In this document: one piece after another, positions 34,847 to 52,860 of the stretch | Numbering within the stretch: position 1 is the first letter of the stretch | How the letters are laid out: the number at the start of each line of letters is the position of its first letter | Source: the human T2T-CHM13v2.0 reference genome, Homo sapiens | NCBI RefSeq assembly: GCF_009914755.1 | Contig: NC_060927.1 | Reading direction: 5' to 3' (one strand) | DNA: 64,000 nucleotides | Made by a program: the position numbers and the translations under genes | The notes under the pieces: generated by a model | The model's input: the letters and a program-made list of their open reading frames with translations, nothing else | The model's database searches: none | Told to the model about the DNA's origin: nothing

Positions 34847-36591
34847 AGGAGGCCAACAAATCTCCTCAGTCCCAAGTCAACTAATTTTTTAAAACAGTTT
34901 TTGCTTTGATAAAGGCATTTTGAAATTCTAAATGAATTTGGCCCACTGATTTCCCCGGTTCAAGTGCTAATTTAATTGTTCAAAAAACACTCTGCTGTAT
35001 AAATCAAAGAACCTTTCCCTTCAGAAATACCTTGTTCCTTTTCCCCAGTAGGTCATGTTTGTTTAACTGTATTATAATTTCTACCAGCTTGTACCATACT
35101 GAAGTGAGGCACCTAATTCATCATATCCCAGTGCCTGTAGCATCCTTTCTCATGGTAAACCTGTTGGTACTATGAACCATGAATTTGTGGTGCCCATTTA
35201 GGTCAATAATTCTATAATCTCACTGTTGAATTTCTTCCTAATATGTGGTATTTGCAAATTGGCACTGGGGAGTTAGAGTTGTTTGCATCTATTTGTATTG
35301 ATCATGTCTAAAACATTTTGTATGTTTTCCATTATTTATTCCTGAGCAGTCTTCCTCAAAAAGTAATTACAAGACTCTCTCTCTTGTATATGTGCCTGCA
35401 TTCAAGTGTTAAATAAACACTGATTGCCAACCAAGCACGTATTAGGAAGAAACATGAATGAAGACTAACACACTGCCTTCAGGAATCGTATTGTTTAAAA
35501 ACGCCTAAAATCCGATGTAAATAATTTAATTTAGATACTAGAAATTATTTTTTGGCTCAAGTTTTTCCCCAATTCAATGATGACTGACCACTCTCAGATA
35601 TTATTTGGGACGAGCTAATTTCCTTGCAGAAAGAAATAAAGAAAATTTAGTTGGGGCTAAAGGATACTCACATTAGAATGGATTTTTAAAGTAAAAAGGG
35701 AAACAGTTCTAAGATCTCAAAAAAACCACTTTTCCTACATAGCAACAAGGACAAGAAACTGTAGGTGAAGTAGTCAGGTTGAAAGAGTATTAGGCTATGC
35801 CTACTCACATAACCAGACTTGAAAACGGTGACTTTGCCATCACATCCCAGGTGGAAAGACCAGAAGATATTTCAGAACTCATAGAATTCTCCTATGGGGT
35901 TCCCACTCTAGTGAGACTCTTATGAGTTACAATACTTTAATTTCAAGCAACAGAAAATCAACCTAAAGTGGCATAAACAATAAAGGGAATTTATTGGCCT
36001 ATGTAACTAAAAAGTCTAAAGGTAATGGCTTCAGGTAAGGCTTGATCTAACAGCTCAAAAAATGCCCCCAAATGACATCTCTTCTTTCTATTTTTTACCT
36101 CTACTTCCTCAATAATGGCTACATTGTAAGATAGTGCTCACTCTGTGGTCTCTGGTGATTGCTGGCACCTCCTAGGACTTCAGCTTTGCAGTTCAAGTAG
36201 AGAAAGAAAAAGAGAATCTGCTTTTTGGTATCTCCAACAAAAGTTCTGGAATAAGAGTTGCACTGGTACTAATTGTTCTGATTTGAACTGTGCATCTACT
36301 TTAAAATTAATCACTTGCTGGTGGAGGAGCAAGGGAGAGTGTGTGTCAATATGCTGATTGGTGTTAGTGATTCTCACAACTACAGGGCTGGTTGGGAAGA
36401 TTATTGGTTGGCAGGGGGAACTAGGAATTGGATGCTGGAGGAGGGGCTACCAAATGTCTGCAGGAGCCACTAAACACTCTGGAGTCTAAGAATATGAAGA
36501 ACAGGAGGATATTTCCTTATAGTGCCCAAATAAAGCCAGCCAGAGGGTAACACCCCTATATTCACCTTTGAACTTCTATCTTTCTCAACAG

Positions 36592-36807
36592 ATCTGGCAG
36601 TTCAGCAGCCTCTTCTCCAAAATCAAGAGCTGGGAGTTTAATGAAGTCACCTCCATGTCTGAGCACCTGAAGTCCTGTCCTTTCAACATTGTAGAGCACA
36701 AAACTGACCCGATTCTTTTGACTAGCATGTGTCAGCCCCGTGAGCAGGCCCGAGAGAGCTTAGTCTCCACCTTTAGAATCAGACCACGAGGAAGATACGT
36801 CTCCTAA
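36592..36807 (+). CDS. FBXO40: FBXO40 exon 4 coding part (IWQFSS...RGRYVS*)
   Basis: Acceptor tttctcaacAG|ATC in phase 0; 1+637+71 = 709 aa, matching the known protein length. Confidence 0.96.
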   Translation: MWQFSSLFSKIKSWEFNEVTSMSEHLKSCPFNIVEHKTDPILLTSMCQPREQARESLVSTFRIRPRGRYVS

Positions 36808-40190
<3,383 letters not shown>

Positions 40191-40312
40191 AAAGGCTAAT
40201 TGGGTGAATCTTATAAGTTAGGTCTAGAGACAGATGTGTGATTCACAGGCATAGAAGTTGTCGCTGAAACCAAGTGTGTATCATGAAGAAAGACCAGAGC
40301 ACAAGCCTGAGA

Positions 40313-40509
40313 CCAAACTTGTCCAACCTGCCTTATTGTGTTGTTGTTCTGTTTTGTTTTGTTTTAGGCTTTTAGCAGCCTGAAGCCATGGTTTTTAGTT
40401 TCTGTCTCTAGTGATAAGCAGAACAGAGGAATGACAAAGGGGCTTTACTGGCCCAACCAGAAACAGAAACTATGAACCCATGGCTGAATTCTCTCCCTTG
40501 GACACCCTG
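40313..40509 (-). mobile_element. MER107-like hAT MITE
   Basis: TIRs (caaacttgtccaa ... ttggacaccctg), internal inverted agtttctgt/acagaaact; matches recalled MER107 consensus. Confidence 0.7.
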
Positions 40510-40930
40510 CTGGGCAGCTCACCAACTCTATGAAGCCCTGGAGCAACTAACTGTGGGTCTTAGCAACCATTCTAGCTCCTCCTTGATCCCAGTGCCTTCT
40601 CCATCTTTTCTTTCTTTCTTCTTTTTTTTTTTTTTTTTTGAGACAGCTTCTCACTCTGTCGCCCAGGCTGGAGTGCAGTGGTGTGATCACAGCTCACTGA
40701 AGCCTTTACTTTGACTTCCCAGGCTCAGGTGATTCTCTCACCTCAGACTACTGAGTAGCTGGTGCTATAGGCCCACAATACCATGCCCAGCCATTGCTCA
40801 GGCTGATCTGTTTTGGACTGGGTTTAAAATGCAGCCTAAGGAGGCCAGGTGCAGTGGCTTATGCCTGTCATCCCAGCACTTTGGGAGGCTAAGCGGGGGG
40901 CGATCATCTGAGGTCAGGAGTTCAAGATCA

Positions 40931-41140
<210 letters not shown>

Positions 41141-41318
41141 TCAGCCTAAGGAAAAGGCCTAGTCTTTGACATCTAGGGTACAGGGGAATTGGCAGTGGTA
41201 AGAGAAAGTTTCCTGGATATGCCTGGAAGAGGAAAGGTTGGAGCCTTAAGATTTGAGGCCATGAGGGCCACACAAAAAGTACTATTTACCTCAGCATACA
41301 GGTGAACCATAGTCTCAC

Positions 41319-41324
41319 TTTATT
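41319..41324 (-). terminator. HCLS1: HCLS1 polyadenylation signal
   Basis: TTTATT on + (AATAAA on -) ~420 nt beyond the stop codon. Confidence 0.8.
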
Positions 41325-41745
41325 TCGAATTTTAGGACTGAACAGAAAGAAGGTTCACAGATATTTCTTCAGGGAAGGAAAGTGGGCAAATAGCACAATG
41401 AGGCAAACCACACAATCTAGACGTACTTTCCCGGGTAAACAAACTGGGAAGCCCAGAGCTCACAGAGGAGGAGAGCAGAGCTTGGGGTGGCAGAGAGGTG
41501 TTCATTGGGAAGGAGTCAGGAACACAAGAGAAATGTTCATGAGCTCATCCAGGATAGAGAGGACTCTTGGGGAAGGGGACCTCCTTCCCCATGCTGTCTC
41601 TGCCCCAAGCCCTTAATGAAGCAGGAGAGGGAAGTTTGTCCAGAACCTCATCTGGTTAGACATTTGCAGCAGGAATAGGGAGGGGGTGGAGGCAGAGCCA
41701 CTTTGGACATGGGAAATCACAGTTGCAGTAGACAGTGAGCTCTAG

Positions 41746-41882
41746 TCACTCCAGAAGCTTGACATAATTTGCAGGGAAGAGTCCAAAGTGGCCATGGCAA
41801 CGTCCCCGCCACCAGCCCTCGTCCACCATCTCAATGTCAGTGATTACGTCGTCCGGATCAAAGGAAAGCTCATCACTTCCCT
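41746..41882 (-). CDS. HCLS1: HCLS1 exon 14, SH3 C-terminal part
   Basis: (E)[44 protein letters not shown]; acceptor ccccAG. Confidence 0.97.
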
Positions 41883-42000
41883 CTGGGGAGAAAGTTGAGG
41901 GGATATTAGAATGGTCAGACATGAATCTCTTTTCACATGTCCCCCTGTCTTATATCAGGGGCCTCCATGTACCAGGCTCCTCGGGCCACTCCCAACCTAC

Positions 42001-42084
42001 CTCCTTGGTAATCATATAGAGCCACAGCTGAGATCCCCAGAGCCACAGCCCCAGCCCCAGCCCCAGCCGGGCAGCCTGATGATC
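42001..42084 (-). CDS. HCLS1: HCLS1 exon 13, SH3 N-terminal part
   Basis: GSSGCPAGAGAGAVALGISAVALYDYQG; CAG / GTAGG boundaries; phase consistent. Confidence 0.96.
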
Positions 42085-42231
42085 CTGCATAATGAGAAAC
42101 ACAAACATGGGATCATCAACATGAAGAAGGCAAACAGAGAAAGATCCTACTGGGGCAATAGAGAAATTCTTCTTCCTCTTACCCTCCCCTGGACATGAGC
42201 AAATTCTCCTGCTTCTCCTCCCATCACTCAC

Positions 42232-42463
42232 CAGCCAGAGCAGAAGAAAAAGAAGAATCTTCAGGCTCGAGCACCTCCTCATAGTCCCCCTCTGGTTCAT
42301 CCTCCTGCTTATGCCTGTCCATCTCCTCAACGTCCTCATAGTCATTCTCAGGCTCGGGCTCAGGCTCGGGCTCAGGCTCAGGCTCTGCTTTGTACACTGG
42401 CTCTTCCTCCACCTGGAGGCCTTCCAGAGTCCTAGGGGGCAGAGCTGGGGGCTCCTCATTGTC
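42232..42463 (-). CDS. HCLS1: HCLS1 exon 12 (EP repeat; Y378 and Y397)
   Basis: DNEEPPALPPR...VYKA(EP)6ENDYEDV...EGDYEEV...SALA; back-counting from residue 486 puts the tyrosines at the known phosphosites 378 and 397. Confidence 0.96.
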
Positions 42464-42966
42464 CTGAGAAGAGACAGTGTGGAGCACTGTGACTTCCACT
42501 TTCCAGGAGGAATCAATGGAGGACTGATAAGATCCCCCGCCCTTCACCACCCTGCCTCTTCTCCCCTCTACCCTTGCCTCCATCTAACAGCCTCTCCTGG
42601 GGAACACAGCCTTTCATCCATCTTCATTCTTCAATCTCCTCCCACACCCACCCACCCAAAACACATTCCAGAGACAATGGGAAGAGAATGTAAAAGGTGT
42701 GAGGGGAGGGAAGTAGAAAACAAGTCAGATTCTTTGGGAGACCAAGAAAACATTGAAGCAAGAGCACATTGTTGAGCTACCACAGCTAGGATAATCATCT
42801 ATCCTAGTTTGCCCAGGACAGAGGAGTTTCCCAGAAGGCAAGGTCTTCAGTGCTAACACCAGAACAGTGCAAGGCAAACCAGGATGGTTGGCCACCCTGC
42901 ACAGCCCACATTCCTAAGACTCGAGAAGATGGGGTGGGGGCAGAGAATCTTTGGGGGTTTGCTTAC

Positions 42967-43071
42967 CTCCGGGAGAGTCTGCCTAATGGGCAGCAAGGGC
43001 ACTGGGTGTTCCCTGCTGGTTCTCACAGGCTCAGACTCTGATGATGGAGGAGTCCCAACTGGAGGCCAGGC
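42967..43071 (-). CDS. HCLS1: HCLS1 exon 11 (proline-rich)
   Basis: AWPPVGTPPSSESEPVRTSREHPVPLLPIRQTLPE; CAG / GTAAGC. Confidence 0.95.
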
Positions 43072-43100
43072 CTGTGGAAAATGAAGCATCTCTCAAGTAA

Positions 43101-43334
<234 letters not shown>

Positions 43335-43518
43335 TGAACTCCTGACTTCCTGACCTCGTGATCTGTCTGCCTTGACCTCCCAAAGTGCTGGGATTACAGG
43401 CATGAGCCACCACGCTCGGCCCATCTTCATTCTTTTTATTTTATTTTATGCATTTTTTGAGACAGGGTCTCACTCTGCTGCCCTGGCTGGAGCACAGTGA
43501 GATCATAGCTCACTGTAG

Positions 43519-43848
<330 letters not shown>

Positions 43849-44106
43849 TAGTTCCTACAGCAATAATTGGCTGTGCTGGCTGGTGACTTGCTTTCTGTTG
43901 TACTATGTAAATCTTGAGGGTTTTTTCTAACATTCTGATAGGAGGTCCAATTACAGTCAGACTGAAGTCTTCTAAAGACAGAGACAACAGACCTTGCCTA
44001 ACCCAGGGGAGGACTTTGCCTTATTTTCTGCCAATGGTTTGGACCCCTTAGGCTCCTGTCTGGGCAAGAGATCCTGGATGTGGATCCCAGAGGGCCAGGC
44101 GCTCAC

Positions 44107-44318
44107 CTCTGAGGAGATTTTCTTGGGCAGTGGGGCCGGTACTGCTGGCTCTTCCATAGCTATCACTGGCTGTGGAGCCTCAGGGCTCCTCTTTGTCACA
44201 GCCTTTCGCTCCTGTTGCCTCCTGGCCACCTGCTGTGCCTTCTCCTCTTCCTCTCGCTTCCTCTTCTCCTCAGCCATGGACTCAAATTTCGCCTTCAGCC
44301 CACGGGCACCACTAGAAG
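44107..44318 (-). CDS. HCLS1: HCLS1 exon 10 (coiled coil)
   Basis: ASSGARGLKAKFESMAEEKRKREEEEKAQQ...KKISSE; CAG / GTGAGC. Confidence 0.96.
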
Positions 44319-44496
44319 CTGCAGACACAGGCAAGAAAAATTAAGGTTGTCTTGGATTGGAGAGTGGGGAAGGGCATGGCACTTGAAGGAAGAAGGGGAA
44401 TCAGTTAAATATCCGGGAGGAGGGATTTGTGGGACAGGATGGTAAAGAGGTATCGATAGAGGAACAAGGGATAATAGGAGGATGGCATAGCCCTGA

Positions 44497-44853
<357 letters not shown>

Positions 44854-45620
44854 TAAACTTTGGGCTTCCAAAAAGCATCCTCCCCTGTCCATATTCCATA
44901 AATCTGTATGCCTTCTTCAAGCCACCACTCATCCTCAACCCCATCCGAAACTCCTGTCCCTGTGTGTTCTTCCCAAGTGGTTCCTCACCAATGTTCCCAT
45001 GCCACCCCACCCCTGTCCCAAGCCACACTGTGTTCTCTGCCTCCGATTCCTTCCCCGACGTCACTCTGTCTATCCACTTGACTTTCTCTCTTTCTTTCTT
45101 TTCTTTCTTTCTCTCTCTCTCTCTCTTCTCTCCCTTTTCTCTCTCTCTCTCTCTCTCTCTCCTCTCTCTCCTCTCTCTCTCTTTCTTTCGTCTCACTCTG
45201 TCACCCAGGCTGGAGTTGAGTGGCATGATCTCAGCTCACTCCGACTTCCGCCTCCTGGGTTCAAGTGATTCTCCTGCCTCAGCCTCCCAAGTAGCTGGGA
45301 TTATAGGTGTGCACCTCCATGCCTGGCTAATTTTTGTATTTTTTATAGAGATGAGGTTTCCCCATGTTGTCCAAGCTGTTCTTAAATTCCTGAGCTCAAG
45401 CAGTCCTCCCACTTTAGCCTCCAAAGTGCTGGGATTACAGATGTGAGCTCCGCCTTACCTGGTTTTTCTAGGAAAGACAGAATCTGGGAATATGAGGATA
45501 GGGATCAGGTCTAACTCAGCTAATCTAGGTAGTTAAAGGCATGGAGGATATAGTCTGGGGAAGAAAAAGAATGAGGGAGAAGGAAGTGAGGTGCATGGAG
45601 AGTGAATCACTAAGCCTCAC

Positions 45621-45690
45621 CGGCTTCTATGGGCGTCGTCTTCTTATAAGCTGTGGTCGGGGCCTCCATTTCATTGAAGCCGACAGCGCT
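45621..45690 (-). CDS. HCLS1: HCLS1 exon 9
   Basis: SAVGFNEMEAPTTAYKKTTPIEA; CAG / GTGAGG. Confidence 0.95.
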
Positions 45691-46319
45691 CTGCAGGCAG
45701 GAGAACAGCATGTGTGTTGCGGGAGAGGGGCAAGGGTAGTGGTGACCTGGAGGTAGTATTGGGGGTTGGGGGCCACTATAAGAGGTATCCCTAACCATTG
45801 GATGCTCAACAGCTGGACAGCATGTTCCAATGTTGTTTTGTGGTAGAGAGGGGGTAAAGAAGTTCTTAAGTGCTGAGTTCAGCTCCCCCTTTCAGCAGCT
45901 CAGTGACCTTAGAATCTCACATCTCCAAGCCCAGTTGCCTAGAATGTAGCAGGGCCCCCTGGCCCATGCATGAGGAGGAACTAGTGTAGGGAGGACAGTG
46001 GCATGGGGTGGGAAGAGACTTAAGATTGGGTTAAGCAATGCCAAGAAATCAATACAATTTCCAGTCCAATACGACCTTTCCCGGCGGTTTACCTGTCTCT
46101 CTGTATGCCTCTCCCACTGTCCTCAAAGCTCAGGCTTTGGAAGACATGCCCCTTAGATGCTGAGGGCAGTCAGTGGGGACTGCAGGACGCCAGCAGGACA
46201 GGCTCTGTGTGCCCAGCACCACCGTCCCCTCCCTCTCCCAGCCTTCTTCACGCTCTTCTCTGCACACTTTCCTAAACTTAGGGAACTCTTCTTAAGACAT
46301 TGGTGTTCCGGTGCTTTAC

Positions 46320-46375
46320 CTTATCCACTCGGTCCTTCTGGATTCCATACTGGCCACCAAAGCCCTTGGCATAAT
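46320..46375 (-). CDS. HCLS1: HCLS1 exon 8 (half cortactin repeat)
   Basis: DYAKGFGGQYGIQKDRVDK; CAG / GTAAAG; not in ORF track. Confidence 0.95.
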
Positions 46376-47031
46376 CTGCAGGACAGAAAGTTCTGAGTTA
46401 TAGGAGATCAAAATGCTGGGAATGGGTGGTGAGAAGAATCAGTGGGAAGAAAAACAGGAATGTGGAAAACAAATGTAGGAGGAAATGTGAGAATCAGAGG
46501 ATAGAGGGAGGCATGGATGGGAAGAGAGGGAAACAGATGGGGAAAAAATCTGGGAGCGAATGGAGAAGACAAAGATGGAAGTAGGGAAACATGGAAAGCA
46601 GAAAGCAACAGATAAGGAAAAATGTAAAAGAAATAGGAAAAAATACAGAGAGCACTTCAGCCATCCGTATGGGTTCCAGGGAAGCAGTAAACCTCTTTAT
46701 CCTCTGTGAGGACAGCAGAGATCCCTCTAAGACTCATGGCAAACCATCTTCTGACCATCACCCAGCTTGTCTGTCCTCATTCCTTCCTCAACGCCCCCTT
46801 CTCTCTCACCTCCCTCCTAGGCCCTGCTCTTAATCCTTCTGTTTTCCTCTCCATCTCTCCTCTCTCCCCTCACTACCACCACCTGTCCCCACACATGTGC
46901 TTACTGCCCTGGCACCCCCTGCTCTGCACATCTGCCCCTCTGTATTCTGGGGCACCCGGGTGAGCTTCCAGAAAGGAAGGAAGGAGATCCCTGTGCTATC
47001 TGTGACCTTCCCCCTTCCAACCCCAACTCAC

Positions 47032-47142
47032 CTCTCTGGGACTCGTGTTTCTCCGTCTCTCCCTTGTAGTCATATCCCAGAGCTGCTTTGTCCCATTTAT
47101 CCTTCTCCACCCCGTACCGGCCACCAAAGCCACGAGAGTAAT
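47032..47142 (-). CDS. HCLS1: HCLS1 exon 7 (37-aa cortactin repeat, phase 1-1)
   Basis: [37 protein letters not shown]; CAG / GTGAGT. Confidence 0.96.
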
Positions 47143-47601
47143 CTGTGGTCGAAGGAGCAGTCATGAGAGCCCACCCTTAGGCTCCAGCACACAGGGAAGC
47201 GCTGGAGAAGAGAGGTCAGCAGGAATGGGTACAGAGTGTTAGGGGCCTGGGAAAAGAGCAGGGCTTGAATACAGGGGAATTAAAGAGAAGCCATGTCTTA
47301 AGTAGTCTTTTAATTGAATATTGCTTACTTTTTCCCTCTCTTCTCTCATTTCCATGCCAAGATGAGAAGAACATTCCCATTTTCTCCCTTCTTCTTCAAG
47401 AAGGGGCAAGTATAGAGAGTGAGGAGATTGCAGAAAAAAAAAGGCAGATACATGAAATGTATGCCTTTCCCCTACTCCCATATAAGCACATAGAAATGTC
47501 AGATAAAACATAACAATTGTGTTTTAAAGAGTGAAGCTCAGGCCGAGCACGGTGCTCATGCCTGTAATCCCAGCACTTCAGGGGCCGAGGCAGGTGGATC
47601 A

Positions 47602-47841
<240 letters not shown>

Positions 47842-48904
47842 TCAGCAGAAAGGAAGGGAAAAAATCCTGGCTCCAGAAACCAGAGACAAAGAGATGAATC
47901 AAAGCTGTATGTGTGAAGATAATTATGAACTGACACCACAGAAAACCCAAGGGCATTTTTGGGGGATTTTTTGTTTTTAGAGGTAGAGTCTTGCTCTTTT
48001 GCTCAAGCTATAGTGCAGAGTACAATCATGGCTCACTGTAACCTTGAACTCCTGGGGTCAAGCAATCCTCCTGAGTAACTGGGACCACAGGCAGGTGCCA
48101 CCATGACTTGCTAATTTAAAAAAAAATCTGTAGTGATAGGATCTCACTGTGTTGCCCAGGCTAGCCTTAAACTCCTGGGCTCAAAGGACCCACCCACCTC
48201 AGCCTCCCAAAATGCTGCAATTACAGGTGTGAACTACCACACCTGGTCAGATTTTAAATTCCAAATGTAATGAATAGGGATTAGGATCGAGGCTCTGTGA
48301 TTCTAATTTCCATTTAAGAATGGGGGAGGAGGGAAGAAAGCCAGAAACGAAGCTCTGTCCACTCCTATAAGAGAGTGCTAGAAAAATTCTACTCATTTAC
48401 TCAGGAAAATCATGAAGGGGGCTTGTAACCTGTTCAATATTTGATAGGGGGAAAATTTGCTTATGAGACTTGGAAACTCCAAGCCTACATCTGAGTGTAG
48501 AATGCAAATACACATTTTTTTTCCACTTATGTGATGCAGGAATTCTAAGCTGAGAAATTAACTAAATACTGATCCAGGAAAATATACATTTTGGAAAGAG
48601 TAAGCATAAGAAAGATGGCATGAATATGAGATAAAGTGATCTCAAGACAAAGTGCATTCTAAGACACAAGAAAGACATGCTCCAATGATAAAAGAACAAT
48701 ACCTTACATCAGGAGTATGTATGCTGGCATAAACCTATTCACAGAACCAAAATTCATGAAGCTCTCAAATAAAAGAAAAATGTAAAAAACCAGGTGTGGT
48801 GAATGCCTGTAGTCCCAGCTACTCAGAAGGCTGAGGCAGGAGGGTGACTTGAGCCCGGGAGTTCGAGACCAGCCTGAGAAACATCGCAAGACTCCAACAC
48901 ACAC

Positions 48905-48943
<39 letters not shown>

Positions 48944-48949
48944 TAATGC

Positions 48950-49414
48950 AAAAGCTGACAGAAGTAGAAAGAGAAATAGACAAATCTGTAATAGTAGTTG
49001 AACATTTAACACCATTCTTTCATTAATTAATAGGTATTTTAGGCAAAAACGAATCAGTAAAATTATAGAAGATCCAAACATTATCAACTAATAAACCTAA
49101 TTGACTCTTATACAACACTATACCCCAAACTACAGAATATACTTTTTTCATGCATATAGAACATTGACCAAATAGACCATGTGCCAGTCCATAAGTCTCT
49201 AAGACAGTAAGTCTCAGTACATTTCAAAAGACTGAAATATCAGAGATCATATTCTGATCACAATAGAATTAAAGTAGAAGTCAATACCAATAAAATTATC
49301 TAGAAAATTTCCCTGATGCTCAGAAAATCAATAACAGCTTTTAAATAATACATGTGTCAAAGAAGAAATTACAAGGGAAATAAGAAAATATTTTTAACTG
49401 AATGATTTATTTTT

Positions 49415-49447
<33 letters not shown>

Positions 49448-50120
49448 TTTGAGACAGGGTCTCACTCTGTTGCCCAGGCCAAAATGTAGTGGCACAATCA
49501 TGGCTTGCTGCAGCCTCAACCTCCTGGGCTCAAGTGATCCTCCCACATTAGTCCCCTGAATAGCTGGGACCACGGGTTTGTGATGAATGAAAATTAAAAC
49601 ACACACATTCAAATATTTGTTGAATGTAGCAAATGTTTGTAGCAAATGAAGGTAGTGTTCAGAGGGAAATGTATAGCTTTTCAAGTGCCCATATAGTAAA
49701 GGAAGGCTTAAAATCAATTATCTAAGTTTCTACCTTAAGAGGCTAGGAAAAGAACAAACTAAATTAATACTAAGTAGAAGAAAAACATAATAAAGATAAG
49801 AGCAGAAACCAATACATTTTTTAAAACAAGTAAATAATAGAGAAAATTAGCAAAGCCAAAAGCTTGTTCTTTGGAAAGAGTAATAAAATTGATAAACTTC
49901 TAGTAAGAATAATTAAAAAGAGAAAAAACACAAGTAAGTAAGATCAGAAATGAAAATAGGCATTTCATATCACTAGAAATCTTACAGAAGTTAAAAAGAA
50001 GAGAATATTATAAATGAATTTATGCCAATAAACCTGACAACACAGACAAAATGAACAAATTCCTTGAAAAGCACAACATACCATAACCAACTTAAAAACC
50101 AGAAAGACTTGAACTCCATG
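48950..50120 (+). mobile_element. Old L1 ORF2 (endonuclease-region) fragment with Alu insert
   Basis: gagaaatagacaaatc, gatcacaatagaattaaagtagaa, gccaaaagcttgttctttggaaag L1 motifs. Confidence 0.75.
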
Positions 50121-50650
50121 GGAAAAAATAATAATAAAGGAAAAAAAATGTCCGTTACTATTAAGACCTCTAGAGTTGAGCCAGAAGTAGAGGCAATATT
50201 TCCCTGGATGAGGTACTTACTAAACCCAGGGCACATGAAATTCTCATAAAACAAATATCCCTCTCCTTCACTAAAATAAGTTTATAAACAAGATTACAAA
50301 CCATCAAGGAAATAAATAACCATGAGGAACGCAGATTAGTCAGAAGAAATGGCACAGCCAAGAACTGCAAATAATATAAAATATGAAAGAAACTGCAAAG
50401 TACATGTTTAAAATAATTAAACAGCTTAAAGAAGTGGCACAGGGAACCATAATGAAACCATAATGTCTTATGGAAAATGAATCAGCAGATATGCAATAGA
50501 ACCAAAAGAAACTCCAGAAATGAAAATATCTGATGTGGTGGCTCATGCCTGTAATCCCAGCACTTTGGGAGGCCAAGGCAGAAGGATCACTTCAGCCCAG
50601 GAGTTTGAGGCCAGCCTGGGCAACATAATAAGACTTTATCTAAAAAAAGA

Positions 50651-50778
50651 GAGGGAAGGCAAGGGAAGGGGAGGGGAGGGGAGGGGAGGGGAGGGCAGGG
50701 GAGGGGAGGGGACGGGAGGGCAGGGCAGGGCAGGGCAGGGCAGGGCAGGGAAGAGAAGGGAAAGGAAGGGAAGGGAAG
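50651..50778 (+). repeat. Purine-rich GGGAG/GGGCA pentamer array grown from an Alu tail
   Basis: Direct read; more than 15 G3 runs. Confidence 0.9.
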
Positions 50779-51741
50779 ATATTTGAAAGAAAGTTTAAAA
50801 TGCAATGGACAGCTTAAACAATAATGAAATACAGCTAAAGGAAGAATTAGTGAACTTAACCTAGAGCTAAAGGAATAACCCAGAATGCGGCACAAGGACA
50901 TAAAGAGAAGAGAGAAGAGGTATTATTCCAAGAGAAAATGCCTGAGAACTTCCTATAATGAAAGTCACATCTGAGGTTGAAAAAGGGCAGTAAGTCCCAT
51001 ATAGGATAATAAAAGTAGATCTAACATTCAGACACACCCTAATAATAGTGAAGAATATCAGAGACCAAAAGAAAATCTTTAATTAAAAAAAACCCGGAGA
51101 TATAAGACATGTTACCTACTCAGGAATGATAGTCTGACACAAGAGAGATGTCAGAGACGATGAAATAAGATCTTCAAAGTGATGAAGGGAAAATAAAAAT
51201 GAAGAATGATGCAACATAAAGACATTTTTCAAAGACTGAAAGTTCTTTCATAGACTCACTGAAAGAATTATCAATGGAATATTTTAGCAAGAAGGAAATA
51301 GAAGACACAAAGGTGAAACAATGAAATACAATAAGCAATGTTGAGCTAGGAAATAGGTAAATACCTTGGTCAATTTAAATAAGCATTTACTAAGTAATAA
51401 TAATGATTCATTTTTGTGGGGTTTATAAGATGGAATCAATAATAAGATGGAATAAGATGGAACCAATATACTGAACAACAACAATATGGTTGGTTAAAAA
51501 GAATGTAGTTAAAATATTCTATGTTTCCAATACACTCAGGAAGAGATTGTGATTAATTTTAAATTTAAGTCAAAGATGCATGTTAAAATTTAGGAATAAC
51601 CTTCTAAAATAAAGGAATAGAATACCTTATTTTCAACCCATTAGAGAAAAAAGAGGGATTCAAAAACTTGATCAATATGGCCAGGCGCGGTGACTCAAGC
51701 CTGTAATCCCAGCACTTTGGGAAGCCGAGGCAGGCAGATCA

Positions 51742-52116
<375 letters not shown>

Positions 52117-52805
52117 TCACGAGGTCAGGAGATCGACACCATCCTGGCTAACACAGTGAAACCCCGTCTCTACTAAAAATACAAAAAAAAAAAAAAAATT
52201 AGCCAGGCGTGCTGGCAGTCGCCTGTAGTCCCAGCTACTTGGGAGGCTGAGGCAGGAGAATGGCGTGAACCCAGGACACAGAGCTTGCGGTGAGCCAATA
52301 TAGTGCCACTGCACTCTAGCCTGGGTGACAGAGCGAGACTCCCTCTCAAAAAAATAAAAAAGTATGTAAAATAGCGGTGGGTGTGGTGGCTCATGCCTGT
52401 AATCCCAGCACTTTGAGAGGGTGAGAGGGGAGAATCACTTGAGCCAAAAGGTTTGACACTGCCTGGGCAACATAGTGAGACTCCATCTCTACAAAGAATA
52501 AAAAATTAGCCAGGCATGGTGGTGCACACTTGTAGTCACAGCTACTCAGAACGCTGAGGTGGGAGGATCGCTTGAGCCCAGGAAGTCGAAGCTGCAGTGA
52601 CCCATGATTGTGTCACTGCACTCCCGCCTGGGTGACAGTGCAAGACCCTGTCTCAAAAACAAACAAATGAACAAAAAGTAAATAAAATAGTGGTGCGCTG
52701 GGTCATGGAAGTTAAAAAGCTGATGACAACTGCTGGAAGATAAAGTCTTAGCAGAAGAGCCTGCCGGTCAGATTGCTGAGGCTGAGTGAAGTACAGTGTC
52801 CTTGC

Positions 52806-52860
52806 CTTTCTGAGATGTGTGCTTCTCCACTTCTCCTTTATAATCAAAGCCGACTGCTGA
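52806..52860 (-). CDS. HCLS1: HCLS1 exon 6 (half cortactin repeat; GC donor)
   Basis: SAVGFDYKGEVEKHTSQK; acceptor TAG; donor AAG|GCAAGG; 55 nt restores frame between exons 5 and 7. Confidence 0.93.
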
